Assembly: GCA_963848135.1 (NCBI GenBank)
Contig: CAWKCK010000002.1
Span: 573,684-637,683 of the forward strand
Direction of reading: 5' to 3'
Source of the DNA: an uncultured delta proteobacterium
Lineage (GTDB): Bacteria > Desulfobacterota > Desulfobacteria > Desulfobacterales > SG8-13
DNA length: 64,000 bases
Shown here: positions 62,123-64,000 of the stretch, in pieces
Layout: every line of letters begins with the position of its first letter
How positions within the stretch are numbered: the first letter of the stretch is position 1
Notes under the pieces: generated by a model
Database searches by the model: none
What the model was told of the DNA's origin: nothing
The model's input: only the letters and a program-made list of their open reading frames with translations
Made by a program: the position numbers and the translations under genes

Positions 62123-63610
62123 CTATTCGTTGGAATGCAAACAACACTGATTACGACCGGCATCTTTGGCACGATACAGGGCTGTGTCGGCTTTCTTGAC
62201 CAGATCCGCGTTGGAAGAGTCGGTTTTGGCCGAGTAGCTGGCAATTCCGATGCTCATGGTGACGAAAATGGTTTGTTCTCCATAAGCAAACTCCATCGAT
62301 GATAGTTTGTCGCGTATTCGTTCGGCTAAGATGAAGGCGCCTTCCTGGGGCGTTTCCGGCAGCAGGACGGCAAACTCTTCTCCACCGTAACGGGCGACGA
62401 CGTCCGATTTGCGCATCGACTTCTGCAACAGTTCCGAAACTTCTCGCAGGATGTAATCCCCGGCCAAGTGGCCGAACGTGTCGTTGATCTTTTTGAAATG
62501 GTCAAGGTCCGCCATCATCAGCGTAAGAGGCATCTTATAGCGCTTGGCGCGATACATTTCTTCATCGAGGACTTCCTGAAACCTCTGGTAATTGGTCAAT
62601 TTGGTCAGGCCATCATGGGTCGCCCGCTCGTTCAGGACCTCTATGCGCTTGTCCTGCTCGATCAAACGACTCAAGAAATCAGAAGACATATGGATCAACT
62701 CTTTTCTGGCGGTCTCGATCATTTCGAGATAACCGGTTTCGGATTCGATCTTGATTTCGAATACCGGATATACCGCTTCCGTAAGACGTCCCACCTCTTC
62801 TAAGACCGGTTCCAATTGGAATTGGTCATCGAAACCGTACTCTTTGACGTAATGCTCTATCAATCCAAGAAAAAAGGCCTTGTCGGGCTTGTTGACAAAA
62901 TCGACCAGCAATGATGTCAGATGCAGCATTTGCGTCAGCATTATGGTTTCCGAACAACGTGTATCCAATCTGGCTGGGGTGTGGTGATGGGCAATTGACT
63001 GGAAAAAGGTTTCCGGCAGTCCCCATTTTTTTACCAGACGGCTGCCAATGTCCATATGCGTGAAACCCAGCACCTGGCTTTCTGCATCCTGGTAAGCCGA
63101 CTGATTCTCGGCCATTTCGGCCAGCACAAGACAGTATTGATCATGCATACATTGGTTCAGGGTCAGGACGCCAATATCATGCAGCAGTCCAAGGAAAAAG
63201 GCGTCATCGGCCATGGCGCGATTCAGCTTACCCGTTAGCAATTTCATGGTCACGGCGCTGAAAAGAGAATCTTTCCAGAACTGGGTGTAATCGAACCCTT
63301 CTCCATCGTCAGAATGAAAGCATTTTATTACCGAAAAACTCAAGGCAAGATTCTTGACTGTCGTAGCGCCAAGGAGATTGACGGCATGGTTAACGGAAGA
63401 GATCCGGGAATTCAGTCCATAGTAGGGCGAATTAATCAGGCGGAGAACCTCCGCGCTCAGTGGCGGATCGGTAGACAGGATTTCTGCCAATTCCTTCAAA
63501 CCGCTGTTTTGATCCTGCACGGCTTCCAGGATTTTGATAGCAACACCAGGCAAAGTGGGCAATCTATCAATGCCGCTGACGACCTCGTTGATTACATCTT
63601 TAGATCCCAT
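62123..63610 (-). CDS. HDOD-GGDEF diguanylate cyclase
   Basis: HDOD (LPTLP, DPPLSAEVLRLINS, LLHDIG); GGEEF with RKSD I-site. Start placed at MGSKD. Confidence 0.92.
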   Translation of the reverse strand: MGSKDVINEVVSGIDRLPTLPGVAIKILEAVQDQNSGLKELAEILSTDPPLSAEVLRLINSPYYGLNSRISSVNHAVNLLGATTVKNLALSFSVIKCFHSDDGEGFDYTQFWKDSLFSAVTMKLLTGKLNRAMADDAFFLGLLHDIGVLTLNQCMHDQYCLVLAEMAENQSAYQDAESQVLGFTHMDIGSRLVKKWGLPETFFQSIAHHHTPARLDTRCSETIMLTQMLHLTSLLVDFVNKPDKAFFLGLIEHYVKEYGFDDQFQLEPVLEEVGRLTEAVYPVFEIKIESETGYLEMIETARKELIHMSSDFLSRLIEQDKRIEVLNERATHDGLTKLTNYQRFQEVLDEEMYRAKRYKMPLTLMMADLDHFKKINDTFGHLAGDYILREVSELLQKSMRKSDVVARYGGEEFAVLLPETPQEGAFILAERIRDKLSSMEFAYGEQTIFVTMSIGIASYSAKTDSSNADLVKKADTALYRAKDAGRNQCCLHSNE

Positions 63611-64000
63611 TGAACGCTTCCTTCTCGGATTATCGGGTAACAAGCCTGTCGGCACGTCGGCACTGATCCCAATCATTTATGGCACCGACCTTTGGATTGT
63701 TATCGGTCAAAGATGGGAAAACTTAAGGATAAAGACATCCTTGTCTGCCGAGAAACCCAATACCATCCGATTGTAGTGGTACGAGTTTTGGTGGTTGTCA
63801 AAAAACGTTCCGTTTTCGGACGTTTTCCCTGAAACCACACTGATCCCCCTTCGATATGTCGGAATTTATTTTTGAACCGCGGTATTAAAGAGAATACGAT
63901 TGAATTGAACGCAGCGGTCGATGGGCCGATAGTCAAGTCAGAAGACCCATCCACCTCAAGGGGCGGGTGGGTCTTCCAGGGAGGTACCACAATCCAGGAA

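Noticed and set aside
1..64000. tRNA, rRNA, CRISPR arrays, integrases or intact transposases
   Set aside because: None found by eye; no regularly spaced direct repeats or cloverleaf signatures.

Overview
64 kb of bacterial chromosome. Gene content and repeat style suggest a sulfate-reducing deltaproteobacterium (Desulfobacterales-like; inference). Left end: a lipid/polyketide cluster made of the 3' end of a DUF374 (LpxJ-like) acyltransferase, a 2613-aa iterative type I PKS/FAS (two N-terminal FabK/NMO-like domains, then KS-AT-ACP-KR-DH, no TE) and an Sfp-type PPTase. Next come signalling genes: a PAS-PAS-PP2C phosphatase, a GlrK/QseG/GlrR-like trio followed by a sigma54-promoted Fn3/GGGCFI-tail gene, an HD-GYP protein and a tandem PilZ protein. 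mltF, ino1 and dus lie in the same stretch. A housekeeping block follows (lptA-like, ftsB-like, murJ, rpsT, lptE, leuS, rne/rng, yajC-secDF, dprA-topA). The ilvB-ilvN-ilvC-cimA-leuA operon has a clear Leu/Ile leader-peptide attenuator. An AT-richer islet encodes a MauG-like diheme protein, a Tat-exported copper storage protein and NosL, among nested palindromic repeats. The right end holds a membrane GDPD, a GYD protein, an unusual REC-PAS-pseudoHisKA-CBM48 fusion, a GluR0-like K+ channel, pyrD, an MBL hydrolase and an HDOD-GGDEF protein. No rRNA, tRNA, CRISPR array or intact transposase was seen. All family assignments are by motif recognition, not database search.
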